Source: an uncultured Gemmatimonadales bacterium (lineage in GTDB: Bacteria > Gemmatimonadota > Gemmatimonadetes > Longimicrobiales > Longimicrobiaceae). Taken from it: a DNA stretch of 64,000 bases. Position numbers and translations under genes: made by a program. This document shows, piece after piece, positions 10,064 through 19,424 of this stretch; positions within the stretch are counted from its first letter, which is position 1; every line of letters starts with the position of its first letter. The notes under the pieces were generated by a model. The model was not told the origin of the DNA. It saw only the letters and a list, made by a program, of their open reading frames with translations, and ran no database searches. The stretch spans positions 4,480,001 to 4,544,000 of the forward strand of contig OY970303.1 in NCBI GenBank assembly GCA_963716255.1, in the 5' to 3' direction.

Positions 10064-10369
10064 GCGTACTCCTACGCATTCGTGGCGAACCCCGGCGCCG
10101 TCAGGCCCTCGCCCGGCTCGCTCGAGGCTCGCCACCGTGAACGGCCAGGGCTCTGCGCGTGGGGGTCGGGCGCGGGGGCGGTCTCCGGAAAGAGTCAATG
10201 CAACCCCTCCCGGCCACGCCCCCGACTCTTTCCTCCGACCCCCCCCGCGCCCTCCCGTCGACTTTCCTGCCGCCCGCGGGACACCGTCCCCCCCCTTTCC
10301 CCCGCTTGCGGGGGAGGGGTGGCGCGCAGCGCCCGGGAGGGGGCCCCAGCCGACGCCAGCGCGATGCCC

Positions 10370-10504
10370 GCGTGAGGGATGCGAGCGCGAAGCGGCGAGA
10401 CCCGGCGGCAGTTTGCCGGGGCTCGCCTCCGTTAGCCCGCGTTGTTTGCGGGCTTACGGAGCCGCAGCCCGACCCCGGCGCCAGCCGGGGGCACGCCCGA
10501 ACCC
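10370..10504 (-). repeat. Family A hairpin repeat
   Basis: Reverse complement of the element at 35650/48210/63439; adjacent CCC..GCTTGC..GGGAGGGG hairpin at ~10288-10320. Confidence 0.85.
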
Positions 10505-10544
10505 TTCCGTTCACGCCGATCCCACCGCATCACGGATCACGGCG

Positions 10545-10723
10545 AAGCGCGGAGACGGTCCGAACCGGCTGGGCCTCGTTCCGGCGCAGCAGGCCCGCCA
10601 CGACGGAGAAGATGAACACCGCGTACAGGAAGCTGCTGGCGATCTCGAACATCACGACCGCTTTGCGAGAGGCGACCGCGGCACGATGTCACCGTACCCG
10701 ACGGTGGCGGCGGTGACGACGCT
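10545..10723 (-). pseudogene. Remnant of a potassium-channel pore (Ion_trans_2) gene
   Basis: Minus-strand translation SVVTAATVGYGDIVPRSPLAK, then after a 1-nt frameshift VVMFEIASSFLYAVFIFSVVAGLLRR; no N-terminus. Confidence 0.7.
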
Positions 10724-10746
10724 TCGTCGGCTCCGGCCACCCGGGC

Positions 10747-11097
10747 TCAGTCCATCCAGGTGCGGATGGCGACGAGCACCAGGAACCCCGCGAAGAGCTT
10801 GCGCAGGTAGGTGGGCGGCAGGCCCAGCGCCAGCCTCGCCCCCACCCCCGCCCCCAGGAAGAGGCCCGCCGCGATCACGAGCGCCGCGGCGACCTTCAGC
10901 TGGCCCGCGCGGTGGTACTCCAGGGCCCCCAGGAGCCCCACCGGGAGCAGGAGGGCTGCGAGCGAGGTCCCCGTCGCCTCGGTGGGCGACATGCGCGCCA
11001 GGTAGATCAGCGCGGGGATGATCACCACGCCGCCCCCGATGCCGAACAGCCCCGAAAGGACACCCGCGACGAGGCCGATGGCGAGGAAGATCAGCAT
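10747..11097 (-). CDS. Sulfite exporter TauE/SafE family protein (half-size)
   Basis: GLVAGVLSGLFGIGGGVVIIPAL, ATGTSLAALLLP. Confidence 0.88.
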   Translation of the reverse strand: MLIFLAIGLVAGVLSGLFGIGGGVVIIPALIYLARMSPTEATGTSLAALLLPVGLLGALEYHRAGQLKVAAALVIAAGLFLGAGVGARLALGLPPTYLRKLFAGFLVLVAIRTWMD

Positions 11098-11242
11098 GCG
11101 GCGTCTCCGGGTCCGTGTGCGGAAGGGATCGCGGGGCTTTCGCCGCCGCGCGGTCGACGCCGCTACTGCATCAACCCTGCCCCCTGCGCGGCCGCACCGT
11201 GGCGACCGGGCCCTCCACGCTGGAGTACCCCTGCCTCACGGA

Positions 11243-12441
11243 CTAGTGGGGCACCACGAGTGAGTTGATGGGGTATCCTTCGGCTTTGGGTACGCAGTTG
11301 TACAGGAGCCGAAGGATGACGAAGCGGTACAAGGTGAAGCTGACGGAGCAGGAGCGCAGCGATCTGCTTGTGCTCACGCGCAAGGGGAAGGCAAGCGCGC
11401 GGCGGATCAAACGCGCTCTGGTGGTGCTGCGCTCCGACGAGGGTGCCACGGACGAGCAGATCGTCGCGGGCGTGGGCGTCGGGGTCGCTACGGTGGAGCG
11501 CATCCGCAAGCGCTTCGTGGAAGAAGGGCTGGAGGCGGCTCTCTCAGAGAAACCCCGCCCGCCGATGCCGCCGAAGCTGACAGGCAAAGCGGAGGCCCTG
11601 CTCCTGGCGCTGGCCTGCAGCGACGTGCCTGGTGGGCGCGCCCGCTGGAGCATGCAGATGCTCGCGGACCGGCTGGTGGAACTGGGGGCGGTGGACTCGA
11701 TCTCGGATGAGACGGTGCGCCGCACGCTCAAAAAAGCAAGACGAAGCCGTGGCAGCGCCAGCAGTGGCTGATCCCGGAGATCACGGCCGAATTCGTCTGG
11801 CGGATGGAGGACGTGCTCGACCTGTATGCAGAGCCGAACGACCCGAAGCGGCCGCGTGTGGCCTTTGACGAGATGCCTCTGCAACTTCTGTCCGAGGTGC
11901 GCATGCCGCTGCCGGCGCGACCGGGGCAGGCCGAGCGGTTCGACTACGAGTACCGGCGCGAAGGCACGTGCAACCTCTTCCTCTTCTTCAGCCCCGACAC
12001 CGCCTGGCGAGAGGTCAAGGTCACGCAGCGGCGCACCGCGATCGACTTCGCCCACTGCATGCGGGATCTGGTGGACGTGCATTTTCCGGAGGCGGAGAAG
12101 GTCCGCGTGGTGCTGGACAACCTGAACACGCACACGCCGGCCTCGCTCTACCAGGCGTTCGCGCCCGAGGAAGCAAGCCGGATCGCAAAGCGCCTGGAGT
12201 TGCACCACACGCCCAAGCATGCAAGCTGGTTGAACATGGCCGAGGTGGAGTTCTCCGTGCTCGGCACTCAATGCTTGGACCGGCGCCTGCCCAGCATGGA
12301 AGTCGTGCAGCGTGAAACCGCCGTCTGGTGCCGCGACCGCAACGGCAGCAAGGCCACGATTCAGTGGCGTTTCACAACCGCCAAGGCTCGGGAGAAGTTC
12401 TCCTCCCGATACCCATCACCTCAGCCGGGGTGATCCACTAG
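11243..12441 (+). mobile_element. IS630-family insertion sequence, copy 1 (1199 bp including flanking CTAG)
   Basis: Ends CTAGTGGGGCACC / GGTGATCCACTAG; TA duplication within a CTAG target; second copy at 26214-27412. Confidence 0.95.
11316..12433 (+). CDS. IS630 transposase (HTH OrfA + DDE OrfB joined by -1 frameshift)
   Basis: OrfA 11316-11771 HTH; AAAAAAG slippery site 11730-11736; OrfB in -1 frame with FDE, VLDNLNTH, TPKHASWLNMAE. Confidence 0.92.
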
Positions 12442-12473
12442 CACTCCACGGGCCGGGCCGCCGTGCGTCGCCG

Positions 12474-13064
12474 TCAGGGCTCCAGGAGCACGTCGAAGCG
12501 CACCGTCACCGGGTCGTGCACCTTCATCGTCCCCATCATCAGCGTGGGGGGGCGCACGCCGAAGTCCGTCATCCTGAGCCGGCTGCTCCCCGTCACGCGG
12601 AGCTTGCCGGCCTCGTTGACGGCCGTGGCGTCGATGCTCACCGGCCTGTCGGTCCCGGCGATGCTCAGCGTGCCGCTCAGCTTCACCGCGCCGGCGGGCG
12701 TCACGTCGTAGGAGGTGATCCGGTAGCTGACCCTGGGGCTGGTCTCCGCCCTGAGCGCCCTGCGCAGGTGCCCGTTCATGGCCGCGTTGCCGCACTCCAG
12801 CCCCGCCACCGACACCGAGACGTCGGCGCCCTTTACCGTGTTCTCCAGGTCGGCGATCGCCAGCGATGTGCTCCCCGGCCGGGTCGCCACCACACCGTCC
12901 ACCCGGGCGGCGCGGCAGGTGTAGCCGCGAACGCTGGAGGTGCCTTCCACCCACAGCTTGCTTTCCGGCTGGAGCGCCACGCCGGCGCGGTTCGCGGTCC
13001 ATGCGATTCCCGCCGGGACGACGATCGCCATCAGTGCCAGCCGGCCGAACAGTCGAGCACGCAT
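12474..13064 (-). CDS. YceI family lipid/polyisoprenoid-binding protein
   Basis: SKLWVEGTSSV, LECGNAAMNGHL, GTLSIAG, MTDFGVRPP; signal peptide; GGAGG RBS. Confidence 0.88.
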   Translation of the reverse strand: MRARLFGRLALMAIVVPAGIAWTANRAGVALQPESKLWVEGTSSVRGYTCRAARVDGVVATRPGSTSLAIADLENTVKGADVSVSVAGLECGNAAMNGHLRRALRAETSPRVSYRITSYDVTPAGAVKLSGTLSIAGTDRPVSIDATAVNEAGKLRVTGSSRLRMTDFGVRPPTLMMGTMKVHDPVTVRFDVLLEP

Positions 13065-13261
13065 TGCCGCCTCCTTCACCTGGTTTTGGGGCTTTCCCTT
13101 TCGTGTCCCGGAGTACAAGCTACCGGTGTGGGAGAGGCGGTTCTGTCGGGGCGCGGCGGTGTGTGGCGTGAGGGTCGGTGACACGCGTCGTGTGGTGGGA
13201 TTCCTTACCCCGTGAAGTCTCTGGGAACTGCTCGGGTGGGCTTCGGGAGGGACGTGCGTTG

Positions 13262-13395
13262 GGGCCGCTCCGGAACCAGGCCAAACTGCCGGCCTGTTTC
13301 CTACGCGGGTCGCGGAGCCAGCGGAAACGGCCCCGCTGTCTCCGCTCCGGCTGCGGGAGCCAGCCGACACTGCCCGGCTGTCTCCCTCCGCAGAA
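13262..13395 (+). repeat. Family B triple-hairpin repeat
   Basis: Same scaffold as 9211 with different but complementary stems; loops AAACTGC, AAACGGC, ACACTGC. Confidence 0.85.
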
Positions 13396-13483
13396 GATTT
13401 GAGGGGTACGGCGGGAACTGCGAACGACAGGAAGCCCTCCCCCGGGATCCGGGAGAGGGCTCTTGGGTCGGTGGGAGGGCGCC

Positions 13484-13628
13484 GCCGTCGCGTGAGGGAT
13501 TACGGCCCGAAGGGGCGAGACCCGGCGGGGCTGTTTCCGCCGGGGCTCGACTCCGTTGCAGACGGTAGTTTCGTCTGCTACGGAGCCGAAGCCCGACCCC
13601 GGCGCCAGCCGGGGGCACGCCCGAACCC
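13484..13628 (-). repeat. Family A hairpin repeat
   Basis: Reverse-strand copy; central stem GCAGACG-AAACTAC-CGTCTGC; adjacent CCCTCCCCCGG..CCGGGAGAGGG hairpin 13435-13460. Confidence 0.85.
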
Positions 13629-13654
13629 GCCGTAAAGCAGTACGTCCGCAGCCA

Positions 13655-14848
13655 TCAGCGCGCCATACGGTACGAGTCCACGCCGTGGCGCTCGCGGTAG
13701 GCAAGCTCGGCGTCGTGGATCGCGTCCCAGCCGCGCTCGCCCGTGTAGTCCACCACGTCGCGGGGAATGCGGCGCGTGGGCCAGGGGGCCACCTGGTTGC
13801 CCAGCTCGCCCGGGTACAGCGTCATGGTCGCGTCCACGATGGCCGCGGCCACGTCCATGCGGTCGGCGCGGTCCAGGCGGCCCAGGGCGTCCAGCGTCTG
13901 GCGCGGGCCGCGGGCGAAGGCGTCCACCAGGAAGGTGGAGTACTCCTGGCCCAGGCGCGTCCCCTTCACCGCCTCCAGCTGCAGGAGCAGCCCGCGGAGC
14001 GCGTCGCCGTCGTCGTCCTTCACCCCGCGCGTCATCAGCGCCGCCGCCACCGCCGGCCAGCGCGTCTCCGCGGAGTAGGCGGGGCCGCGCATCTCGCCGT
14101 CCAGCTCGTACAGCAGGTCCTCCGTCGACAGGCCCTTCAGGTACTCCACGAACTCGTCCTTCTGCGGCGCCGCGGGGCGCCGGTCCCACACCACCCTGCG
14201 CGCCGGCGCGGACTCCGCCTCCGCCGCCTCCTCGCGGGGGTGCCCGCCGCCCACGATCACCACCTCCGTGCCCACCTGCACGTTGTGGAACAGGCGCACC
14301 GCGTCGCGGTTGTGGAGGCGGATGCACCCGTGCGACACCCGCTGCCCCAGCAGGTCCGGCTTGTCCGTGCCGTGGATCGCCAGCCCCTCGCCGATGTAGA
14401 CGGCGGCGGCGCCCAGCCCGCCCGGGAAGCGGCGCTTGGCGTCGTTGGGGGGCGGCACGGGGAGCTTGTTCTCCACGAAGTACCAGTCCGGCGCCATCCA
14501 GACGGGGTTCTCCTCCTTGTACTGCACGTGGAACACGCCGTCGGGGGTGGAAAAGTCCCACTCCCCGTCCGGGCCCTCCAGCCGCAGCCCGGTTCCCGTC
14601 CCCACCGGGGCGGACCACAGGACGCGCCGGTCGCGGGTGAAGTGCAGCAGGTTCGCGTCCAGGTCGATCACCACCACGTACTTCCCCGCCGACAGCCCGG
14701 GCGAGCTGCCGGCGACGCGCGGGGAGGACGAGGCGCGGACGGGGAACGGCGCCTGCGCCGCGGCGTCCGCGGGGGCGGCGGCCAGCGCCGCGGTCGCGAG
14801 GCAGAGGGCGGCCAGGGAGCGCGCCGCCAGGGATCGGATCGATTTCAT
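13655..14848 (-). CDS. L,D-transpeptidase (YkuD domain) with C-terminal helical extension
   Basis: AIHGT...SHGCIRL catalytic motif; signal peptide. Confidence 0.9.
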   Translation of the reverse strand: MKSIRSLAARSLAALCLATAALAAAPADAAAQAPFPVRASSSPRVAGSSPGLSAGKYVVVIDLDANLLHFTRDRRVLWSAPVGTGTGLRLEGPDGEWDFSTPDGVFHVQYKEENPVWMAPDWYFVENKLPVPPPNDAKRRFPGGLGAAAVYIGEGLAIHGTDKPDLLGQRVSHGCIRLHNRDAVRLFHNVQVGTEVVIVGGGHPREEAAEAESAPARRVVWDRRPAAPQKDEFVEYLKGLSTEDLLYELDGEMRGPAYSAETRWPAVAAALMTRGVKDDDGDALRGLLLQLEAVKGTRLGQEYSTFLVDAFARGPRQTLDALGRLDRADRMDVAAAIVDATMTLYPGELGNQVAPWPTRRIPRDVVDYTGERGWDAIHDAELAYRERHGVDSYRMAR

Positions 14849-15062
14849 GGTTCGGGACTGCCGAGTAGTGGGTCCGGGGGCAACCCCCGTGTGCCGCGTG
14901 TACCCTCCGCCCAACGCAAAAGGCCTGCCGCGGCGGCGGGTCCGCCCGCATGTGCGTAACCCGCTGCGGCACAACGCGGAAAGTGGGTGCGAGGAGGGCC
15001 GGGCGAGCGGCGGGCGGCGGGGCCGCGGCCTCCGGGGAGGACACGCGCCCCGCGTGGGGGCG

Positions 15063-15449
15063 TCAACCCCGGTCCGGCCTCCGGGGCGCGTCCAGGGCGT
15101 GCTGGAGCACCAGGGGCATGGAGCGCTCCCCGGACCGCCCGAAGTGCACCTCGTAGAAGTAGCCGTCGCCCTCCAGCGCCTGCACCTCGTCCGCGCCGAT
15201 CCCCAGCTCGCCCTCGCCGCCCACCACCCGGACGGCTCGCCCGGCATCGCGCTCCCGCGCCACGAACAGCATCGCCATGTGCAGGGCGCCGGGGGAGCCC
15301 TGGCGCAGGATGGTGGGAGACGATTCCTCGATGAACGCGCTGAGGGCGTCCATCACCCCCGCGGCCCCGGTGGGCTCCCCGCCTCTGGTGCGGGCCAGCG
15401 TCGCCACCCTTTCTCCCCCCTCCACGAACTGGATCACCGCGTATGCCAT
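15063..15449 (-). CDS. Hypothetical protein
   Basis: ORF with GAGG RBS, divergent from the TPR gene; no recognised motif. Confidence 0.5.
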   Translation of the reverse strand: MAYAVIQFVEGGERVATLARTRGGEPTGAAGVMDALSAFIEESSPTILRQGSPGALHMAMLFVARERDAGRAVRVVGGEGELGIGADEVQALEGDGYFYEVHFGRSGERSMPLVLQHALDAPRRPDRG

Positions 15450-15691
15450 CGTGCCTCGACCATTGGACGACGTGAGCGCTCCCCGGGTTGCACCGGGTGC
15501 GCGACGATGCACACAGCGTGCACGGCCCCGCCGCGCATCGCGCCGATGGAACGATCCGGATAATCGTGTCGTATTACATGCGTACGATTCAAGCTATGGC
15601 CTGGGACGCCCCCGACGCGTACCATAGAGCGCTGCGCCCTGGCGCATCATCCCGTGATCCGCCGAGCCACGCCGCCCAGGAGCCCCGCCCG

Positions 15692-17005
15692 ATGACCGAC
15701 CCCCACGACGCAGCGTCGCGCCGCCGCTCCCGCCCTCCGCGCGTCCCGGTTCCCTCGCTTCACCCGGGGGAGCGGGTGCGCGGCTCGGCGATCCTGGAGG
15801 AGAACCCCGAGTGCGGGGTGGTGCTGTGGGAGTCGTACCGCAACGTGGGCGACTGGGCGTCCACGCCCCGCGCCCGCCGTGCGCCCGGCATGTTCGGGGC
15901 GGGCGCGGCCGGGCGCCGCGCCGAGCAGCTTTCCGGGGCGAACTTCCCGGACGAAAAGGCGTGCGCCGCGCTGGAGACCATCCGCGCCATGGTGGCCGAC
16001 CCGGGCCGGGCCCGGGCTCGCGCGCTGGCCCTCGCCTGCCGGCGGCTTTCCGCGTGGGCGGGCGAGCAGGGCAGGCCCGCGACCCAGTTCTACTTTGCCG
16101 CCGCCGCCGGGCTGTGCGTCCCCGAGGACGCGCGGTATGCGTTCCAGGCCGGGCGCCTGGCGCGCGACCTGGCGAGGTGGGACACCGCGGAGCTGTGGCT
16201 GGAGTTCGCGGCGACCGTCGCCAAGCGCGGGCGCGACCGGGAGACCCAGGCCGCCGCGGTGATCGGGCTGGGCAACATGTTCTACCGGCAGGGGTTCTAC
16301 CGGAAGGCCCGGGACACGCACCTCGCCGGGCTGGCCCTCGCGCAGAGGCACAACCTGCGGGAATACCGCGGCCGGGCGCTCCACGACCTGTTCGTGGTGG
16401 CCATCGAGCTTCGCGACGCCCGCGCCGCCGAAGCGTACGCCCGCGCGGCCCTGGACGCGTACGGCCCCGCGCACCCGCACGTTCCCGCGCTCGCCCACGA
16501 CGTCGCCTACTTCTGGCTGGCGCAGGGGGATGCCGCGCGGGCCCTCCCGGTGCTCCGGGCCGTCCTGCCGCACCTGGACCGCCCGGACCGCCGCGTCCGC
16601 GTCCTCGCCAGCGCGGCGCGGGCCGCCGCCGCCATCGGCGACCGCGCCGGCTACGTCGAGCTCGTCCGCGAGGTGCGGGCATCGGGTGGGGACTCGCTGG
16701 TGATGGGGGCTCTCGCCGGGGCGCTCCTTGAAACCGCCGTCGGCGCGTCGCTGCTGCACAGCCAGACGCTCGCCGGCGAGCTTCTCGACGAGGCGCTGCA
16801 GGTGGCCCGCGAGCGCGGCGAGGTGGACGTGGTCGCCCGGGTGGAAGAGCTGCGCGGCAGCATCTCCACGGATGCGGTGAGCGAGGTGCGCGCCCCGGCC
16901 GCCGGGCTGGGCACCGACGAGCTCGCGCGCGAGCTGGTGAGCTGCCTCCAGGGCGGGACGGGCGGCGACGCCGACACCCCGGCGGCCCCGCCGGCAGGGG
17001 AGTAG
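15692..17005 (+). CDS. TPR-like helical repeat protein (module 1, putative peptide receptor)
   Basis: AGGAG RBS; motifs AGRLAR, GLGNMFYRQG, ALHDLF, HPHVPALAHDVAYFWLAQG shared with 27409 and 60942 paralogs. Confidence 0.8.
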   Translation: MTDPHDAASRRRSRPPRVPVPSLHPGERVRGSAILEENPECGVVLWESYRNVGDWASTPRARRAPGMFGAGAAGRRAEQLSGANFPDEKACAALETIRAMVADPGRARARALALACRRLSAWAGEQGRPATQFYFAAAAGLCVPEDARYAFQAGRLARDLARWDTAELWLEFAATVAKRGRDRETQAAAVIGLGNMFYRQGFYRKARDTHLAGLALAQRHNLREYRGRALHDLFVVAIELRDARAAEAYARAALDAYGPAHPHVPALAHDVAYFWLAQGDAARALPVLRAVLPHLDRPDRRVRVLASAARAAAAIGDRAGYVELVREVRASGGDSLVMGALAGALLETAVGASLLHSQTLAGELLDEALQVARERGEVDVVARVEELRGSISTDAVSEVRAPAAGLGTDELARELVSCLQGGTGGDADTPAAPPAGE

Positions 17006-17021
17006 TCTCTTCGCTCCTGCG

Positions 17022-17204
17022 TCAGGTGCCGGACCCGATCAGGTTCCCGCCCTTCCGCGGCACCGCCGTTTCGGGCGACGCCACCTGTGGCCTGCCCTCC
17101 TCCGGCTCACGAAACCCGTCTCCGCCCGGTCCGGTCGGCGTGGTCCCGCAGGCGGCCGCGGCGAGGACGAGGACGAGGATCGCTGCAGTACGGACGATGC
17201 GCAT
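17022..17204 (-). CDS. Small lipoprotein-signal prepeptide, 60 aa, C-terminus RKGGNLIGSGT (module 1)
   Basis: AGGAG RBS; MRIVRTAAILVLVLAAAA-C lipobox; convergent with the TPR gene, 16 nt between stops. Confidence 0.75.
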   Translation of the reverse strand: MRIVRTAAILVLVLAAAACGTTPTGPGGDGFREPEEGRPQVASPETAVPRKGGNLIGSGT

Positions 17205-17319
17205 GGGGGCTCCTGATATCGTGGGGTTGGATCGTGCGACCGTGTAGTGCCGTAACCTGAATGCCCGTCGGGGCCTCGTCAACGCATGTACTGGAAATGG
17301 ACGGTGCCGGTGTTCCTCC

Positions 17320-18144
17320 ATGAGTAGGTCCTCCTCCGGGCGGCAGCTCCTGCTCCTCCATCCCGACAGCGCCTTCCAGGAGCGCGTCCGCTCTTCCCTC
17401 CCCCCGGGGTTCGGCTGCTGGACGCTCCCGGACTGGCGGGCCCTGCGCGAGACCGCGCGCGCCGCCGCCCCCAGCACGGTCGCCGTGGTGGACCCGCTCG
17501 CCGGGAGCGCCGACGGGAGCGCGGCGCCCGAGCTGCGCGAGTTCCTGGCGGACTTCGCGTGGCTCCCGGTGGTCGCGGTGGTCCGCCCCGCCCCCGAAAC
17601 GCTGGAGTTCCTCCGCATGCTGGGGCGCTGGGGGGTCTCGGAGGTGATCGTGGAGGGAGTGGAGGACACGCCGGCGGGGATTGCGAAGGCCATCCGCTTC
17701 GCGCAGGGAAAGCTGCTGCAGGGGATGATGGAGGAGCTGCTCCCGGCGTACCTGCCCGGACGCGTGCGCCGGCTGCTCTTCGCCGCGGCGGAGGCCGTGT
17801 CCGCCGGCGGGCACTCGCCCGACCTGGCCGCCGTCCTGGGCGTGACGGAGACCACCGTGGTCCGCCGCTGCGAGCGGCTCCGCCTGCCGCCGCCGCGGCG
17901 GATCCTGGCGTGGATGCGGGTGCTGCTGGCCGCGCGGCTCCTGGAGGACACCGGGCGCACCGCGCAGGAGGTGGCCTCCGCCTGCGGCTACGCCACCGAG
18001 GCCGGGCTGCGCCGCGTGGTGCAGAACTTCCTGGGGCTGGGAATCACCGAGCTGCGCAGGCGCGGCCCGCTCCGCACCGCCTCCGCCACCTTCCTCGCCG
18101 AGCTCCGGGAGGGAAGGGAGGGGGTGGCGCTCGCCGAGAAGTAG
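17320..18144 (+). CDS. AraC-family transcriptional regulator with receiver-like N-terminal domain
   Basis: C-terminal double HTH: LAAVLGVTETTVVRR...PPPRRILAWMRVLLAARLL...VASACGYATEAGLRR. Confidence 0.85.
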   Translation: MSRSSSGRQLLLLHPDSAFQERVRSSLPPGFGCWTLPDWRALRETARAAAPSTVAVVDPLAGSADGSAAPELREFLADFAWLPVVAVVRPAPETLEFLRMLGRWGVSEVIVEGVEDTPAGIAKAIRFAQGKLLQGMMEELLPAYLPGRVRRLLFAAAEAVSAGGHSPDLAAVLGVTETTVVRRCERLRLPPPRRILAWMRVLLAARLLEDTGRTAQEVASACGYATEAGLRRVVQNFLGLGITELRRRGPLRTASATFLAELREGREGVALAEK

Positions 18145-18207
18145 CCGCACACGTATGTTTCGCCGGGTCTACCTCCGCCGGGAGGCCCGCGCCCTGTCCC
18201 GCACCCC

Positions 18208-18696
18208 ATGACCATGCCGCGCCGCGCGTTCCGGGTGGAAGAGGCCGACGCGCTGCTCCCCGCCCTGGAGCGCGTGCTCGCCGAGCTGGAGCGGTGGCGG
18301 GACGCGGCGCGCGCCCGCGGCGACGCCCTGCAGGTGCTGGAGCTGCTCTGGGGGGCGCGGCTGGAAGACCCCGCCTGCCCCGACCACGCGGAGCGGGCGG
18401 AGCACCGGGCGGCGGTGGAGTCCGCCGGGCGCGAGATGCGGCGGCTGGTGGAGGTGGAGATCACGGCGCGGGGAATCCGCTTTCCGCCGGGAGGGCTGGA
18501 GCACGGGCTGCTGGACTTCCCCACCACCTGGCGGGGCCGCTGGGTCTACCTGTGCTGGCGGAGGGGGGAGCCCGAGGTGGGGGCGTGGCACGAGCTGCAC
18601 GCGGGGTTCGCCGGGCGGCGGGCCGTCACGCCGGAGCAGCGGTCCGGGATGGGCGCCGACCCGGCGCTCCCCGACGACGGCGCGCCGGAATCGTGA
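18208..18696 (+). CDS. DUF2203-family protein
   Basis: FRVEEADALLP...GLLDFPTTWRGRWVYLCWRRGEPEVGAWHELHAGFAGRR. Confidence 0.88.
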   Translation: MTMPRRAFRVEEADALLPALERVLAELERWRDAARARGDALQVLELLWGARLEDPACPDHAERAEHRAAVESAGREMRRLVEVEITARGIRFPPGGLEHGLLDFPTTWRGRWVYLCWRRGEPEVGAWHELHAGFAGRRAVTPEQRSGMGADPALPDDGAPES

Positions 18697-18708
18697 GCCG
18701 CGGGCGCG

Positions 18709-19305
18709 TCAGGGGAGGAAGTCGCCCTCGGCGGTGAGGCGGGCGAGCAGGCGTCCTCGCTCGTTCTCGGCCTCGGCGGCGCGGCGGGCGTCGTCGCCGG
18801 CGGGCTGGTGGGCGCGGCAGGTGTCGCACACCAGGTACGGCTCGTCCGCCAGCCAGCGCACCTCCCAGCGTCCCACGCAGTCCTCGTCCCAGTGCTCCAC
18901 CCTCCCCGCGGGCGCGGGCGGGCGCAGGACCACCCGCAGCTGCGGCTCGAAGTGGCAGGCGTAGCAGGTGAGGGTGTGCGGAAGGGAGATTCCCGTCCCC
19001 GGCGCGAGCGACAGCGCGCGCTCGCAGCGCGGGCACGCGCCGGCGAAGGCGCGCACCCGGTAGCGGCCCGTCCAGGCGCGGTGGGCCAGGTACGCCCCCG
19101 CGGCCAGGGAGCCGGCGGCCCACGGGTAGTGCGGCGGAACGAGGAGCAGCAGGGGAGCGATCCCCCAGAAGAAGAGCAGGCGGCCCAGCGTGCGGGCCAG
19201 GCGCCGCGTGGTCGGCTGGTACACGAGCTCCACCCTGGCGGGGGCGGGACGGTGCCCCGGCAGGGTGAGGATGGCGAGCGGAGCCGGTGCCGTGCCGTGT
19301 TCCAT
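18709..19305 (-). CDS. Hypothetical membrane protein with CxxC pairs
   Basis: Two TM segments followed by CPRC, CYAC, CDTC. Confidence 0.6.
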   Translation of the reverse strand: MEHGTAPAPLAILTLPGHRPAPARVELVYQPTTRRLARTLGRLLFFWGIAPLLLLVPPHYPWAAGSLAAGAYLAHRAWTGRYRVRAFAGACPRCERALSLAPGTGISLPHTLTCYACHFEPQLRVVLRPPAPAGRVEHWDEDCVGRWEVRWLADEPYLVCDTCRAHQPAGDDARRAAEAENERGRLLARLTAEGDFLP

Positions 19306-19424
19306 GGGAGTGTGCAGCAGGGTCTGCTCCCAAGATAACGCCCCCACTTCGTGGCGCAATTCCCCCGCCCGGCCCGCCCCCGGGCCGCCGGCGCGCGGCA
19401 CCACGACACCACCGGATCCACGGC

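Noticed and set aside
11730..11803. IS630 split ORFs as a pseudogene
   Set aside because: The same A6G slippery site is in both copies with OrfB in the -1 frame, a standard programmed frameshift.
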